Shown here in pieces: positions 54,129-64,000 of a stretch of DNA of 64,000 nucleotides (position 1 is the first letter of the stretch; the number at the start of each line of letters is the position of its first letter). The stretch comes from Opitutia bacterium UBA7441 (GTDB lineage Bacteria; Verrucomicrobiota; Verrucomicrobiia; Opitutales; Coraliomargaritaceae): contig DLQD01000152.1 in the NCBI GenBank assembly GCA_002480015.1, forward strand, positions 7,517 to 71,516. The letters run 5' to 3'. The translations under genes were made by a program, and so were the position numbers. Below the pieces are notes generated by a model. It searched no databases. It saw only the letters and a program-made list of their open reading frames with translations, and was not told the origin of the DNA.

Positions 54129-55214
54129 ATGAAAAAAATCTTTATTTCCGGTTGTTACGATATTCTTCACGGGGGGCATATTCAGTTTTTTAAAGAGGCC
54201 CGTGCGCTCGGTGATCATTTGACCGTTTGTTTTGCTTCGGATAATGTGCTCTGGGAGCACAAAAAGCGGCGCTCTTCCATCCCGCAGGATCACAAGCTCG
54301 CCTTGATGACCGCGCTTGATATCGTCGACCAAGTCGTGATCGGTGATTGCAGCGAATTAGGCCTCGATTTCAAAAATCACTTTCTCAGCATCAAGCCGGA
54401 CATACTCGCAGTGACTGAAGATGACCAGTATGCCGAGGCGAAACGCGCACTTTGTGCAGAGGTCGGTGCCGAATATATCGTCTTACCCAAGACGCCGCCT
54501 CAATTCACCCCAGTGTCCACTACGTCCATCGTGCGCAATATACGCACGCCCGCATATGCTCCCCTGCGTGTTGATTTTGCCGGTGGCTGGCTTGACGTCC
54601 CCCGCTACGCCCGGAAGGGAGCCTTTATTGTCAACTGTGCCATCTCGCCGCTCGTTTCATTGACCAATTGGTGCTACGAGCAACAATCGGGCCTCGGCGG
54701 GAGCGGGGCCTGGGCGTTGCTTAACGGCAACGATGGGGTCGAAAGCGAACTCAATCTTGGAGTGGGCTGGCAGGATCCCGCGATTATCCGCGAAACTGGC
54801 CTGTGTGTTTGGCGAAGCGGCGAAAAGCCCGTACTCCACTTTAAACGCAACGGCGATTTCCTTCACGGGCATATGGCATTGCATTATACTAATATTCCAC
54901 ACGACACACCCTCGAACGCCGACAATGACCGTGACTATGATCTGATCAAGGCCGCCGGTCGTCGGGCCAAAGAGGCCGTCATTGAAGCCAATCTGACGAA
55001 ACTCGGAGAAGCCGTCAGTCTCAGCTACGAAATGCAACTCAAGGAAGGGATGCGCCCTTTACCCGAAGTGGAAGGTTGCATCGGGCGTAAATACTCGGGT
55101 GGCGGCTGGGGCGGTTATGCGCTTTATCTTTTCCACAGTAGTGAGGATCGCGACACCTTCGTTGCCTCTGCCAACTGTAATCGAGCTATCGAGCCCTATA
55201 TCACGATCCGCTGA
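54129..55214 (+). CDS. Cytidylyltransferase-family domain fused to a GHMP sugar-kinase domain
   Basis: GCYDILHGGH (HxGH), STTSI; then PLRVDFAGGWLD, SGLGGSG, GWQD, SGGGWGG. Confidence 0.85.
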   Translation: MKKIFISGCYDILHGGHIQFFKEARALGDHLTVCFASDNVLWEHKKRRSSIPQDHKLALMTALDIVDQVVIGDCSELGLDFKNHFLSIKPDILAVTEDDQYAEAKRALCAEVGAEYIVLPKTPPQFTPVSTTSIVRNIRTPAYAPLRVDFAGGWLDVPRYARKGAFIVNCAISPLVSLTNWCYEQQSGLGGSGAWALLNGNDGVESELNLGVGWQDPAIIRETGLCVWRSGEKPVLHFKRNGDFLHGHMALHYTNIPHDTPSNADNDRDYDLIKAAGRRAKEAVIEANLTKLGEAVSLSYEMQLKEGMRPLPEVEGCIGRKYSGGGWGGYALYLFHSSEDRDTFVASANCNRAIEPYITIR

Positions 55215-55280
55215 TCGTACGATCTGGATTAGCTTTGTTATCGGGGTGGCCTGTTCGAAGCTTCGCTTTGGCCAAAACGT

Positions 55281-56816
55281 TTACCAGTCGTCGGTCCGGA
55301 AGGGTGTGACGGGGAGGCCGTTGCGGTCGTAAAGGTTGCAGACAGGATTAACCCCCCAGGCGTAGCGCACGGCGACCGGATTAGGGACGGCATCGCTCCA
55401 GACCTGGACTTGGTCTTTGCCTACGATTTTCGCATCCGCCCAGACAAATTTCATGTCCTCACCCGCTATGGCGAAGCCCTTTACTTCCTTGGTATCAAAT
55501 GCGTAGAGGCCCCCGCTGCTGAGGGGGCTGAATGTTAGGATCGCTTTGCCGACTTCGACCGTCATTTCCGTGAAGCGGGGACTTTGGTAGCTCATGTCAA
55601 AGCCGTAGTCGCGTGCTAGTGCGATCCGCGCCAAGCGATTGGCTACAGTCTGCTTGTTGCGTGGGTGGATGTCCCGGCCTTCGCCAGCATCAATGATGAC
55701 TGCCTGCCCAGTGTTGGGTAGAAGGTCCAGGGTTTTGGCCTGCGACTCGCGCAAATAAGCCCACCCGTGGTCTTGTGGTTCCGCGCTTTCATCTTGGAAA
55801 TCCGCCAATTGCACCCAGTAGAAGGGGAAGTCACCTTGCCCCCACTTGTCTCGGAGCGTCTGGATCATAAGTGGGAACAAGTGCGCGTAATCGATCGCTC
55901 GTTCAGCGTTCGATTCACCCTGATACCAGATGAAGCCGCGGATACCGTAGCTGATCGTCGGGTGGACCATCCCGTAGTAGATATTTCCGGGGCGATGCTG
56001 ATTATAGCGAGGGTCTCTGGGAGACCTTGGTTTACGGCCCTTGGATCCATTCTTTGTCCATTCGGCCACTGCGTCTTCCCACTCGGCAACTTTCTGGGCA
56101 TGCACTTCGTCGGTGTAGCCCGCGCAGCGCTTGTCGTGGTCGGCGATGTAGGCTGCATAGCGCGGGAACTGCTCCAATACCTCGCGGGGCACCCAGGCTT
56201 CTGCAGCAGACCCGCCCCACGAGTCGTCGATCAGGCCGATCGGCACGTTCAGCGTATTATACAGCCTGCGTCCGTATAAATAGCCCACCGCGGAAAATTC
56301 GGACACGGTTTGTGGGGAGCAAATTTCCCATTGCCCGTTAAAGTCATCCTGTGCTTGCTGCAGGCCAACTGTTGGCACCGTCAAGAGGCGGATTTTCGGG
56401 AAGTTCGCCGAAGCAATTTCCACCTCTGCATTGTTGGTATTAATGAGTGGCCACTGCATATTAGACTGACCGGAACAAAACCAGACTTCGCCGATCAGCA
56501 CGTCCGAGAGGGTCAGAGTGTTTTCGCCGCTGATGACCAACTCGTGGGGGCCTCCAGCGGGCAACGGATCGAGGGTAATGCGCCACTCGCCCTGGTTATT
56601 CGCCGTCGTGCGGTGCGTCTGGCCTGCGATGGCAACGGTGACGGCTTCGCCGGGAGCAGCTTTGCCCCAGACGGGATTTTCCAAATCTCGCTGTAAGACC
56701 ATATGGTCAGTGAAAAGATTCGGTACCGAGACTGTGGCCGATACGACGGAAAAGAGCAACAAGAAGGCGAGGCTCAGGCCTAAAATGCGGGGGGTGGATC
56801 GATTGGTGGATAGCAT
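55281..56816 (-). CDS. Sialate O-acetylesterase-family SGNH esterase
   Basis: Signal peptide, CSGQSNM, WYQGESN, DIHP, PVTPFRTD. Confidence 0.93.
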   Translation of the reverse strand: MLSTNRSTPRILGLSLAFLLLFSVVSATVSVPNLFTDHMVLQRDLENPVWGKAAPGEAVTVAIAGQTHRTTANNQGEWRITLDPLPAGGPHELVISGENTLTLSDVLIGEVWFCSGQSNMQWPLINTNNAEVEIASANFPKIRLLTVPTVGLQQAQDDFNGQWEICSPQTVSEFSAVGYLYGRRLYNTLNVPIGLIDDSWGGSAAEAWVPREVLEQFPRYAAYIADHDKRCAGYTDEVHAQKVAEWEDAVAEWTKNGSKGRKPRSPRDPRYNQHRPGNIYYGMVHPTISYGIRGFIWYQGESNAERAIDYAHLFPLMIQTLRDKWGQGDFPFYWVQLADFQDESAEPQDHGWAYLRESQAKTLDLLPNTGQAVIIDAGEGRDIHPRNKQTVANRLARIALARDYGFDMSYQSPRFTEMTVEVGKAILTFSPLSSGGLYAFDTKEVKGFAIAGEDMKFVWADAKIVGKDQVQVWSDAVPNPVAVRYAWGVNPVCNLYDRNGLPVTPFRTDDW

Positions 56817-56980
56817 GCTTAAGCTAGAGTCGCAATGCTTAGCAAAGTCAAACTATCAAGTTTTGGTGAGTGCCTCCTTGATTCTCTGTCCCCAGCGATC
56901 AATCGGAGCCTTGGCTGCTTTGCTTTTATCCTTTACGGCCACGGGGATGCACTCAATTTAATGGCTTCCACTGATTTCTC

Positions 56981-58162
56981 ATGAGCCTGATCAACACCAT
57001 CCGCACCAATGCCGAGGCCGTCATCGGCGAGGCTGAACTCGAAGACCGCCTGCACGGCAGCAAGCCTTTGCGCGTTAAGCTCGGTGTCGATCCGACCCGC
57101 CCGGACCTGACCTTCGGCCACCTTGTGGTCTTCAACAAGCTGCGCCAGTTCCAGGATCTCGGGCACGAGGCACTCCTCATTATTGGTGATTTCACCACTT
57201 TGATCGGCGACCCGTCCGGCCGCTCCAGCACGCGCCCTGTCCTGACCAAGGAGGAGATCGTGGACAATGCGCAGACCTATCTCGACCAAGCCTTCAAGAT
57301 CCTCGATCAGGAAAAAACGACCGTGTTTTACAATAGCGAGTGGTTCGATGCGATGAGCTTTGAGGACTGTCTCAAACTCTCTCGCAAAATGACGGTGGCC
57401 CGCATGCTGGAGCGCGACGACTTCGCCAAGCGCTACGCCAGCCAAGCGCCGATCTCTATTATTGAGTTCCTATACCCCCTTATCCAGGGCTATGACTCGC
57501 TCGTTCTCAATGCCGATGTCGAAATCGGCGGCACTGACCAGCTCTTTAATATGCTCGTCGGCCGCGCCCTGCAGAAGGACGCAGGTAAGCAAGAGCAAGC
57601 GGTCATTACGATGCCGCTACTCGTCGGTCTCGACGGCACGAAAAAAATGTCAAAAAGCGCGGATAACTTCATCGCCTTTACCGATAGTCCCAAGGAGATG
57701 TTCGGGAAAATTATGTCGATCAGCGACGAAACCATGTGGGACTATTATCGCCTGTTGTTGGAGCTACCCGCTGAAAAAATTGAAAAGCTCAAGGGCGGGC
57801 ACCCGATGCAAGCGAAGAAGAGCCTAGCCTCCTCCCTCGTCGGCCAATTCCACTCAATGAAAGCGGCCAAACACGAATTGGAGCAGTTCGAGCAGGTCTT
57901 TTCTAAAAACAAAGTTCCCGATAATATGCCCAGCTTCACTTGGAACGATCTGGTCGGTGATGCTGTCAGCGCACCGCTTTTCGAGATTATGGCACAGTCC
58001 GAACTCTTCGATAGCAAGGGCGCTGTCCGCCGACTCGTCCAACAGGGCGGTGTAAAAATCGACGGAGAAAAACAGAGTGATCCTAATCTCGAGCTCATGC
58101 CGCTTCAAGGCGAACGCATCTTCCAAGCGGGCAAACGCGTCTTCTTCAAGCTGGTCGGGTAG
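56981..58162 (+). CDS. tyrS: Tyrosine--tRNA ligase
   Basis: GVDPT, IGDPSGR, YPLIQGYD, GGTDQ, KMSKS and C-terminal S4 domain. Confidence 0.97.
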   Translation: MSLINTIRTNAEAVIGEAELEDRLHGSKPLRVKLGVDPTRPDLTFGHLVVFNKLRQFQDLGHEALLIIGDFTTLIGDPSGRSSTRPVLTKEEIVDNAQTYLDQAFKILDQEKTTVFYNSEWFDAMSFEDCLKLSRKMTVARMLERDDFAKRYASQAPISIIEFLYPLIQGYDSLVLNADVEIGGTDQLFNMLVGRALQKDAGKQEQAVITMPLLVGLDGTKKMSKSADNFIAFTDSPKEMFGKIMSISDETMWDYYRLLLELPAEKIEKLKGGHPMQAKKSLASSLVGQFHSMKAAKHELEQFEQVFSKNKVPDNMPSFTWNDLVGDAVSAPLFEIMAQSELFDSKGAVRRLVQQGGVKIDGEKQSDPNLELMPLQGERIFQAGKRVFFKLVG

Positions 58163-58175
58163 TGGGGTGCGGAAG

Positions 58176-58265
58176 CGTAATGTGGGGCTAAAATGCCTCT
58201 AAGGTACGCCTCATTCCTCTTCGTCTTCGGGGGAGGCGCAGGCCAGAGAGAGCCCAGACGCTACG
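58176..58265. repeat. Degenerate REP-like inverted repeat
   Basis: CGTAATGTGGGGCT ... AGCCCAGACGCTACG outer arms, with inner CGCCTC/GAGGCG. Confidence 0.4.
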
Positions 58266-58291
58266 AATACGTAGTCTTCTGCGGTAATCGT

Positions 58292-58321
58292 TTGACATTC
58301 AAATGCTTTCATAGAAATACT
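58292..58321 (+). promoter_or_regulatory. Putative mre operon promoter
   Basis: TTGACA-N18-AATACT. Confidence 0.5.
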
Positions 58322-58371
58322 CCCACCACTCCTGCGCAGTTGCTGCGCCGCCTTTTAACAACTACCTTATT

Positions 58372-59394
58372 GTGTTCGGACTTCTTTCTAACGACATCGG
58401 CATCGACCTAGGCACCGCCAATACTCTCGTTTTCGCGAAGGAGAAGGGTATCGTTCTTCGGGAGCCCAGCGTTGTCGCCATTTATTCTTCAACTAAGAAG
58501 GTTTGCGCCGTCGGCTCCGAGGCCAAGAAGATGCTGGGCCGGACGCCTGGAAATATCACTGCCATCCGCCCCATGAAAGACGGTGTGATCGCCGATTTTG
58601 AGATCACTGAGGCGATGCTCCGCTACTTCATCAATAAGGTGAACCGGAAAAAGACTTTTGTCGCCCCTCGCATCATCGTCGCTGTGCCCTCCGGGATCAC
58701 CGAGGTCGAGCGCCGCGCAGTCAAAGATTCTGCTATCCGCGCTGGTGCGCGCGATGTTGTCTTGCTCGAAGAGCCCATGGCCGCGGCGATCGGTGTCGGC
58801 CTGCCCATTGATGAGCCCTCGGCCAATATGATCGTCGATATCGGTGGCGGTACGACCGAAGTCGCCATCATTTCGCTGGCGGGTGTAGTCTATACCAAGA
58901 GTATCCGTGTCGGCGGGGACGAAATTGACAGTGCGATTGTCAACTACATGAAGCGCGCTTATAATTTGATGATTGGTGAGCGCACTGCCGAAGAAATTAA
59001 GATCAAGATAGGCTCTGCTTTCCCGCTCGAAGAGGAAATCTCCATGGAAGTACGTGGCCGCGATTCTGTCGCCGGACTCCCGAAGACGATTACTATTACT
59101 TCGCAGGAGATACGCGACGCTCTCTCGGATACCATTGCCTCCATTGTCGACCTTGTGCGCAACGCCCTTGAGCGTTGCCCACCCGAGCTATCGGCCGATT
59201 TGGTTGACCGTGGCTTTTTCCTTGCTGGTGGGGGTGCCTTAATAAAAGGCCTCGACCAGCAACTCAGCGATGCCACCGGACTGCCCGTGGTCATTGCAGA
59301 CGATCCGCTCAGTGCCGTCGCCAATGGCACAGGCATGGTCTTACACGAACTGGCCTTTCTGCTGAAAGACCTAACAGGTAACCCCAAAAGCTAG
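58372..59394 (+). CDS. mreB: Rod shape-determining protein MreB
   Basis: [30 protein letters not shown]. Confidence 0.98.
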   Translation: MFGLLSNDIGIDLGTANTLVFAKEKGIVLREPSVVAIYSSTKKVCAVGSEAKKMLGRTPGNITAIRPMKDGVIADFEITEAMLRYFINKVNRKKTFVAPRIIVAVPSGITEVERRAVKDSAIRAGARDVVLLEEPMAAAIGVGLPIDEPSANMIVDIGGGTTEVAIISLAGVVYTKSIRVGGDEIDSAIVNYMKRAYNLMIGERTAEEIKIKIGSAFPLEEEISMEVRGRDSVAGLPKTITITSQEIRDALSDTIASIVDLVRNALERCPPELSADLVDRGFFLAGGGALIKGLDQQLSDATGLPVVIADDPLSAVANGTGMVLHELAFLLKDLTGNPKS

Positions 59395-59403
59395 CGCAGT
59401 ACC

Positions 59404-60258
59404 GTGGCGAAGTTCCGCCTCGATCGAATAAAACCGTTGGTTGCTCTCGCCGCCTTTCTAGCCGCTTGGTGGATTGTGCCGGCCACGGTCAAATCATTTC
59501 TCAAGGTTAGCTTTGCTGAGTTTCAAGCACCCGCTTGGGTTGCCACGTCCTATCTCGACGATCTGGAGGGCTTCTGGGCGCGACGGAGCCATTCCAAAGT
59601 CGAGTTGATCGAGGCGGGTCGGGAAGTGGCTCGCGCCAAATCGCTTTACCAGTTTAATGCTCAGCGCAAAGAAACACTGGAGAATGAGATCTCTCGCCTG
59701 GAGGCTATTCTGAATCTGCCCAGTCGCCGTGAGTTTCGCTATGAAGTGGCCCGCGTCGTGCGCCGCGATCTGAACGCATGGTGGCAGCATATCATCGTGC
59801 GCAAGGGCAAAGACTATCAGATCCCAGAAGGTGCAGCTGTGGTCTTTGCCGGGGGGGTCGTTGGACGTGTGGTCGAGGTCAATGCTTTTACCAGTAGGGT
59901 TGAGTTGATCACTAGCCCGAACTTCCGAATGGCCGCTAATTTTGAGGGCGACGAGCGTCCGGTTATTTATCAAGGCCTAGCACAAGGGGGCTTCGGCCAG
60001 CCTATCGGTACCGTGCGTGATGCCCCTCAAGATGTCGTCGCGAGTAGACAAGCGCCACTACGGCTTGTCTCCACTCGATTAGGCGGCACCTTCCCGCCCG
60101 GACTTATGATCGGACGGGTGCCCTGGCTGGAGCCAGGGAGCACAGGCATCTTTCAAGCCGGTAAAGTCGAACTCGACCCCCGCCTGCTTAGCTTAAATGA
60201 GGTTGCCGTTCTGATTCCTCTCTATCCGATTGATCTGGAAACGACTGATGCTCCTTGA
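59404..60258 (+). CDS. mreC: Rod shape-determining protein MreC
   Basis: TM helix, coiled coil, GVVGRV, GGTFPPGLMIG; operon position. Confidence 0.92.
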   Translation: MAKFRLDRIKPLVALAAFLAAWWIVPATVKSFLKVSFAEFQAPAWVATSYLDDLEGFWARRSHSKVELIEAGREVARAKSLYQFNAQRKETLENEISRLEAILNLPSRREFRYEVARVVRRDLNAWWQHIIVRKGKDYQIPEGAAVVFAGGVVGRVVEVNAFTSRVELITSPNFRMAANFEGDERPVIYQGLAQGGFGQPIGTVRDAPQDVVASRQAPLRLVSTRLGGTFPPGLMIGRVPWLEPGSTGIFQAGKVELDPRLLSLNEVAVLIPLYPIDLETTDAP

Positions 60259-60778
60259 CCCCCGAGCCATACTCTTATTCGGGGCGAATGTGCTCCTGCT
60301 CTACTTGACGCTACTGGTTAATTCCGCGCTGGCGGGATGGTCGATCTATCTGTTCCTACTTGGCCCCATGCTTGTCTTCCCCGCGCTGTATCTGCGCCAC
60401 CAGTCCTACTTTATCTGCGTCTTGTTGACCGGTTTGTGGGTCGATGCCGCGCTGCCCGCGCCTTTCGGGCTCTTTACTCTCGGATTCCTTTGTGCAGGTG
60501 CTTTTGTCTTCCAGATGCGAATTCGCTTCCGCGCCGAGCACAACTACCACCCGATTGTGCTGGCCCACGGATTGAACTTTTTCTGCATATTACTGGTCAC
60601 CCTAGCATTGGGCACTCCGAATTTCTCCAGCCTCGGCTTTTGGTTTCAGGTCTTTGTCACTAGTCTGGCCTCTCATCTTGTGCTGCTAGTGGTGGCTCCC
60701 TGGTTTTTTAATTTTGAACGGATGCTCTTCGCCCTCTGTCATATGGACACAGAACCTGAGGATTTTCCCATCCTATGA
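60248..60778 (+). CDS. mreD: MreD-like membrane protein
   Basis: About 5 TM helices with 'GLWVD..P.G', between mreC and mrdA. Confidence 0.75.
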   Translation: MLLDPRAILLFGANVLLLYLTLLVNSALAGWSIYLFLLGPMLVFPALYLRHQSYFICVLLTGLWVDAALPAPFGLFTLGFLCAGAFVFQMRIRFRAEHNYHPIVLAHGLNFFCILLVTLALGTPNFSSLGFWFQVFVTSLASHLVLLVVAPWFFNFERMLFALCHMDTEPEDFPIL

Positions 60779-60824
60779 AAGATCTCCATCAACCAAGTAT
60801 TCTACTCTTCGCCCGAAGCGCAGC

Positions 60825-62780
60825 ATGAGCCAGTATGATGTCCATCGCGGTGAAAATCCGCGCGTTCTCTTTTTCTTTTGGATCGTCGTGTTGGCTTCGC
60901 TGACTCTGATTGTCGGGCTGGGGTGGCGGCAGCTTGTTGCTGATAAGAAATATCAGGAGATCGAGAAACGACAGACCGAGCGTCGTATCCTTAAACCGGG
61001 GCCACGCGGCGATATCTACGACCGCAAGGGCAACCTCCTCGTAGGCAATCGGCCGCACTATTCAGCGGTGGTATACTTGGACGATTTGCGCCGCGAGTTT
61101 CGCTCGGAATATTCGAAGATCATCCGTGCTGAACGGGAGCGATTGATCCAAGCTTACGAACGCGCGCCCGAGGCTGAGCGTGAAGGCACCGCTCCGCCCA
61201 ACCCGAACTACAACGAACTTCAGTGGGTTGCGCGTCAAAACGTCATTCAGCTCTATATCGACCAGATCAACCGAATTACCAGCCGCGACGATACGATTTC
61301 TACGCGCAAGATCATCCGACACTTTAATGAGCAACTTCTCTTGCCACTCGTTTTGGTTGAAGATCTGACCCCAGATCAATACGCACGCCTGATTGAGCAA
61401 GTGCCCGTGCAATCGCCGATCCAGATCCATACGGATACGGCGCGTTACTATCCTTATGGCGTCGCGGCCGCTCATACCCTGGGCTACGTGCAAAACGTCA
61501 ACCCCGATCCTGATGTAATCCCCTCCGATGGAATCAAAACCTATACTTTTAAGACCAAGCGAGGCAAGACTGGTATCGAACGTTCATTTGATGAGCTTCT
61601 TTCGGGCTTAACTGGCTGGGAGATGTGGCGCGTCGACCCGCTTGGTTTTCAGGATTCGCTGCTCGACCATAAAACCCCCAAAAAAGGGCAGGATTTGGTC
61701 ACCAGCATCGATATCGATTTGCAACTCGCTGCCGAGACTGCGCTTGGTGATCGCACCGGCGCGGCCATTGCGCTCGATGTTCGCACTGGTGAAGTACTCA
61801 CCATTGCCAGCCACCCTAGTTATGATTTGAATGACCTGAGTCCTTTCATCCCGCGCAAGACTTTCGACGAGATCAACGAGCGCGGGGCTTGGCTCAACCG
61901 CACGCTCCAATTGTCCTATCCGCCGGGATCTACTTTTAAGTTGATCACCTCGATCGCTGGCATGCGAAACGGCAACATCCACGCGCAAACGATACATGAC
62001 TGTCAGGGCGTCTTCCGGTTAGGCAATCGTATCTTCCGTTGTCATGCACGTTATGGCCACGGGGCCGTCGACCTAGCCGCTGCCATCGAAGGCAGTTGTA
62101 ATGTCTTTTACTACGCGGAAGGCCTGCAGATGGGCATTGACGTATTGAGTGCGGAGGCCAAGCGCTTTGGCCTCGATGAACGGACCGGGATCGAAGTCCC
62201 CTATGAAACCAGCCGTCTTGTCGTCCCGACTAAGGACTGGAAACGCGAAACAGTCGGGGCTGGTTGGGTGCCGGGTGACACCGCCAATACCGCGATTGGC
62301 CAGGGTTTCCTTCTCGCTACGCCGCTACAAATGGCGACGGTGATCGCCTCCATCGCCCGCGGCGAGACCCGCACGCGGCCCACCTTGCGAGCGTTGACGG
62401 GTGAGGAGGCGCAGCAGCTCGACCACGGCGGCGAGCCGATGGGTCTCACGCTGAGTCAGCGTGCCGAGCTCTGGGAGGGGATGGAACGGGTCGTCGGTCC
62501 CAACGGAACGGGACGCCTCGTGCAGATCGACGGCTTGCGCATCGCTGGTAAGACAGGAACTGCCGACTTTCGTGCGCATGGACAAGAGGTCAATCTCGCT
62601 TGGTTCATTGGTTTTGCGCCTGTGGAGAATCCGCAGATTGCAGTCGCCGTCATGGTCGAGGGCACCCGCGCCAGCGACAGCTATCACGGGGGCTCGACCG
62701 CCGGCCCGGTGGCCAAGGATATCTTTCTCGAATTCATTAAACAGTATCCCGAGCGGGCTGGTTTTCCGGTTGCCGAGTAG
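60825..62780 (+). CDS. mrdA: Penicillin-binding protein 2
   Basis: RGDIYDR, RYYP, STFK (SxxK), SCN, KTGT. Confidence 0.93.
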   Translation: MSQYDVHRGENPRVLFFFWIVVLASLTLIVGLGWRQLVADKKYQEIEKRQTERRILKPGPRGDIYDRKGNLLVGNRPHYSAVVYLDDLRREFRSEYSKIIRAERERLIQAYERAPEAEREGTAPPNPNYNELQWVARQNVIQLYIDQINRITSRDDTISTRKIIRHFNEQLLLPLVLVEDLTPDQYARLIEQVPVQSPIQIHTDTARYYPYGVAAAHTLGYVQNVNPDPDVIPSDGIKTYTFKTKRGKTGIERSFDELLSGLTGWEMWRVDPLGFQDSLLDHKTPKKGQDLVTSIDIDLQLAAETALGDRTGAAIALDVRTGEVLTIASHPSYDLNDLSPFIPRKTFDEINERGAWLNRTLQLSYPPGSTFKLITSIAGMRNGNIHAQTIHDCQGVFRLGNRIFRCHARYGHGAVDLAAAIEGSCNVFYYAEGLQMGIDVLSAEAKRFGLDERTGIEVPYETSRLVVPTKDWKRETVGAGWVPGDTANTAIGQGFLLATPLQMATVIASIARGETRTRPTLRALTGEEAQQLDHGGEPMGLTLSQRAELWEGMERVVGPNGTGRLVQIDGLRIAGKTGTADFRAHGQEVNLAWFIGFAPVENPQIAVAVMVEGTRASDSYHGGSTAGPVAKDIFLEFIKQYPERAGFPVAE

Positions 62781-62963
62781 AGGCCCGGGAAAGCCGTAAT
62801 ACTACTAGTGATATAAGAGAGGGTTTGTGCGGTTATGGCACCCCGTGGCCATTTTTGTATTGTGATTCTGGGACGTGGAGTTGGTTTGGCGAAATGACGA
62901 GAGACGGACAAGCTTACCCTAAGTGGATTGCGATATGTGACGAAGTCCTTTGGATGGCTCTCG

Positions 62964-64000
62964 ATGATCAAGATGTTTGACACGAGTTTAGAATGTGGGT
63001 CGAGGGGGCAATCTTCTCCTACGATCGGGGTCCCGGTTTTTGGATTGCTCGCTGGGCTCCTCTCTGCAGTGCTTTGGGTGCTTTCGATTCCGCCTTTCGA
63101 GTTCGCGGAGGGGGCCTACGTCGCCTTTGTACCGCTCTTGCTCTGGCTCTATACGAAACCGTCGCGCCGTGCTTTCTGGATCATTGCCATTGGCACGGGT
63201 TGGGTGGCCTGGTTCGCGATCCTTGTCTGGCTGCGCCATGTGACTTGGTTCGGGACGATTGCCTTGAGCGGGATACTCGGCTTGATTTTCGCGGCTTGGC
63301 TGCAATTGGCGCACTGTTTGTTGCCGTATTTAGCAGTGCGTAGCTTTCCCCTCCGTGCGCTGGGATTCGCTGGACTGGCTGGGGCTTGGGTCGTCCTTGA
63401 GTGGGCGCGCACCTGGTTGCTGTGGGGCTTCCCCTGGGCACCCCTCTCACTCAGTCAATGGGAGCGTCCGGTCGTTTTGCAGATCGCCGCGTGGACGGGT
63501 GCATACGGGGTCTCTTTCTTGCTTATTTTTTTTAATCTCTGCGTGGCACAGACGCTGCGCCACCGCTTTGTGCGCAAAGAGCGCCAGGTGTGGATGGGCT
63601 GGTTCAGTCCCGATCTCTCTATGGGCATGTCCGCATTGGGGCTAAGTATCTACGTCTTCTTTTCTGCGCTCCCCTCGCCGGATTCTGCGCATCCTTTATT
63701 GACGGCGGCCGTCGTGCAGCCCTACATACCGCCTGAGTTGAAATGGGACTCTGAGCGCGAGTTGGAAAATCTGGAGATCCTCGAACGCCAGACGCGATTT
63801 GTGGCTACTTTAGAAAGTGATCTTATGCTTTGGCCGGAAGCGGCCACGCCTTGGCCGATTGTCGGCACGCCGCAGATGCGGATGCGGGTCGAGCGGCTGG
63901 TCAATGAAATCGCTAAGCCCATTTTGATGGGGAATCTAGCTCAAGACTCGGCGACCGGAGAGTGGAGCAATGGGACCTTCCTCGTCGAACCGGAGACGGG
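62964..64000 (+). CDS. lnt: Apolipoprotein N-acyltransferase, partial (runs off the window; absent from the ORF track)
   Basis: Manual translation: LSIPPF..AYVAFVPLL, WVVLEWARTWLLWGFPWAPLSLSQ, GAYGVSF, VQPYIP..KW, WPEAA. Start could be 62964 or 62973. Confidence 0.93.
   Translation, partial: MIKMFDTSLECGSRGQSSPTIGVPVFGLLAGLLSAVLWVLSIPPFEFAEGAYVAFVPLLLWLYTKPSRRAFWIIAIGTGWVAWFAILVWLRHVTWFGTIALSGILGLIFAAWLQLAHCLLPYLAVRSFPLRALGFAGLAGAWVVLEWARTWLLWGFPWAPLSLSQWERPVVLQIAAWTGAYGVSFLLIFFNLCVAQTLRHRFVRKERQVWMGWFSPDLSMGMSALGLSIYVFFSALPSPDSAHPLLTAAVVQPYIPPELKWDSERELENLEILERQTRFVATLESDLMLWPEAATPWPIVGTPQMRMRVERLVNEIAKPILMGNLAQDSATGEWSNGTFLVEPET

Noticed and set aside
62988-63922. Several short ORFs at the right end
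   Set aside because: They overlap the open lnt frame that runs off the window.

Overview
This is a mostly housekeeping chromosomal segment of moderately high GC. Gene content and protein style suggest a Verrucomicrobiota genome (Opitutales/Coraliomargarita-like); this is an inference. About 52 CDS are supported: mnmA, a GH13 debranching enzyme, an acyl-CoA desaturase, gap-pgk-tpiA, a thymidine-phosphorylase homologue, cstA, topB, lpxK, trpC-rsmA, sodA, tadA, infA, cysK, an exeA/exeB-like pair, ftsB-UAP-pgm, a phosphoglycosyl transferase-ACP-SDR-acyl ligase operon, rpsT, yajC-secDF-recJ-ahpD, tyrS, mreBCD-mrdA and a partial lnt. The RNase P RNA gene is also present. I found no CRISPR array, tRNA, rRNA, transposase or integrase. 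The most notable observations are: (1) an intact thymidine-phosphorylase paralogue that has lost its catalytic His and has an acidic loop in place of the phosphate-binding loop, so it is a likely pseudo-enzyme or sensor; (2) 7-8-nt tandem repeats, three of them canonical G-quadruplex motifs, at the 5' ends of genes with the C-rich strand as mRNA; (3) a cytidylyltransferase-GHMP kinase fusion; (4) a stand-alone OvoA-type methyltransferase paired with an M29-fold metalloenzyme; (5) an RNase P RNA with two UUCG hairpins at the P18 position; and (6) scattered GTAG-footed REP-like palindromes, one abutting an unannotated MFS gene remnant. All family calls come from motif recognition by eye; no searches were run.
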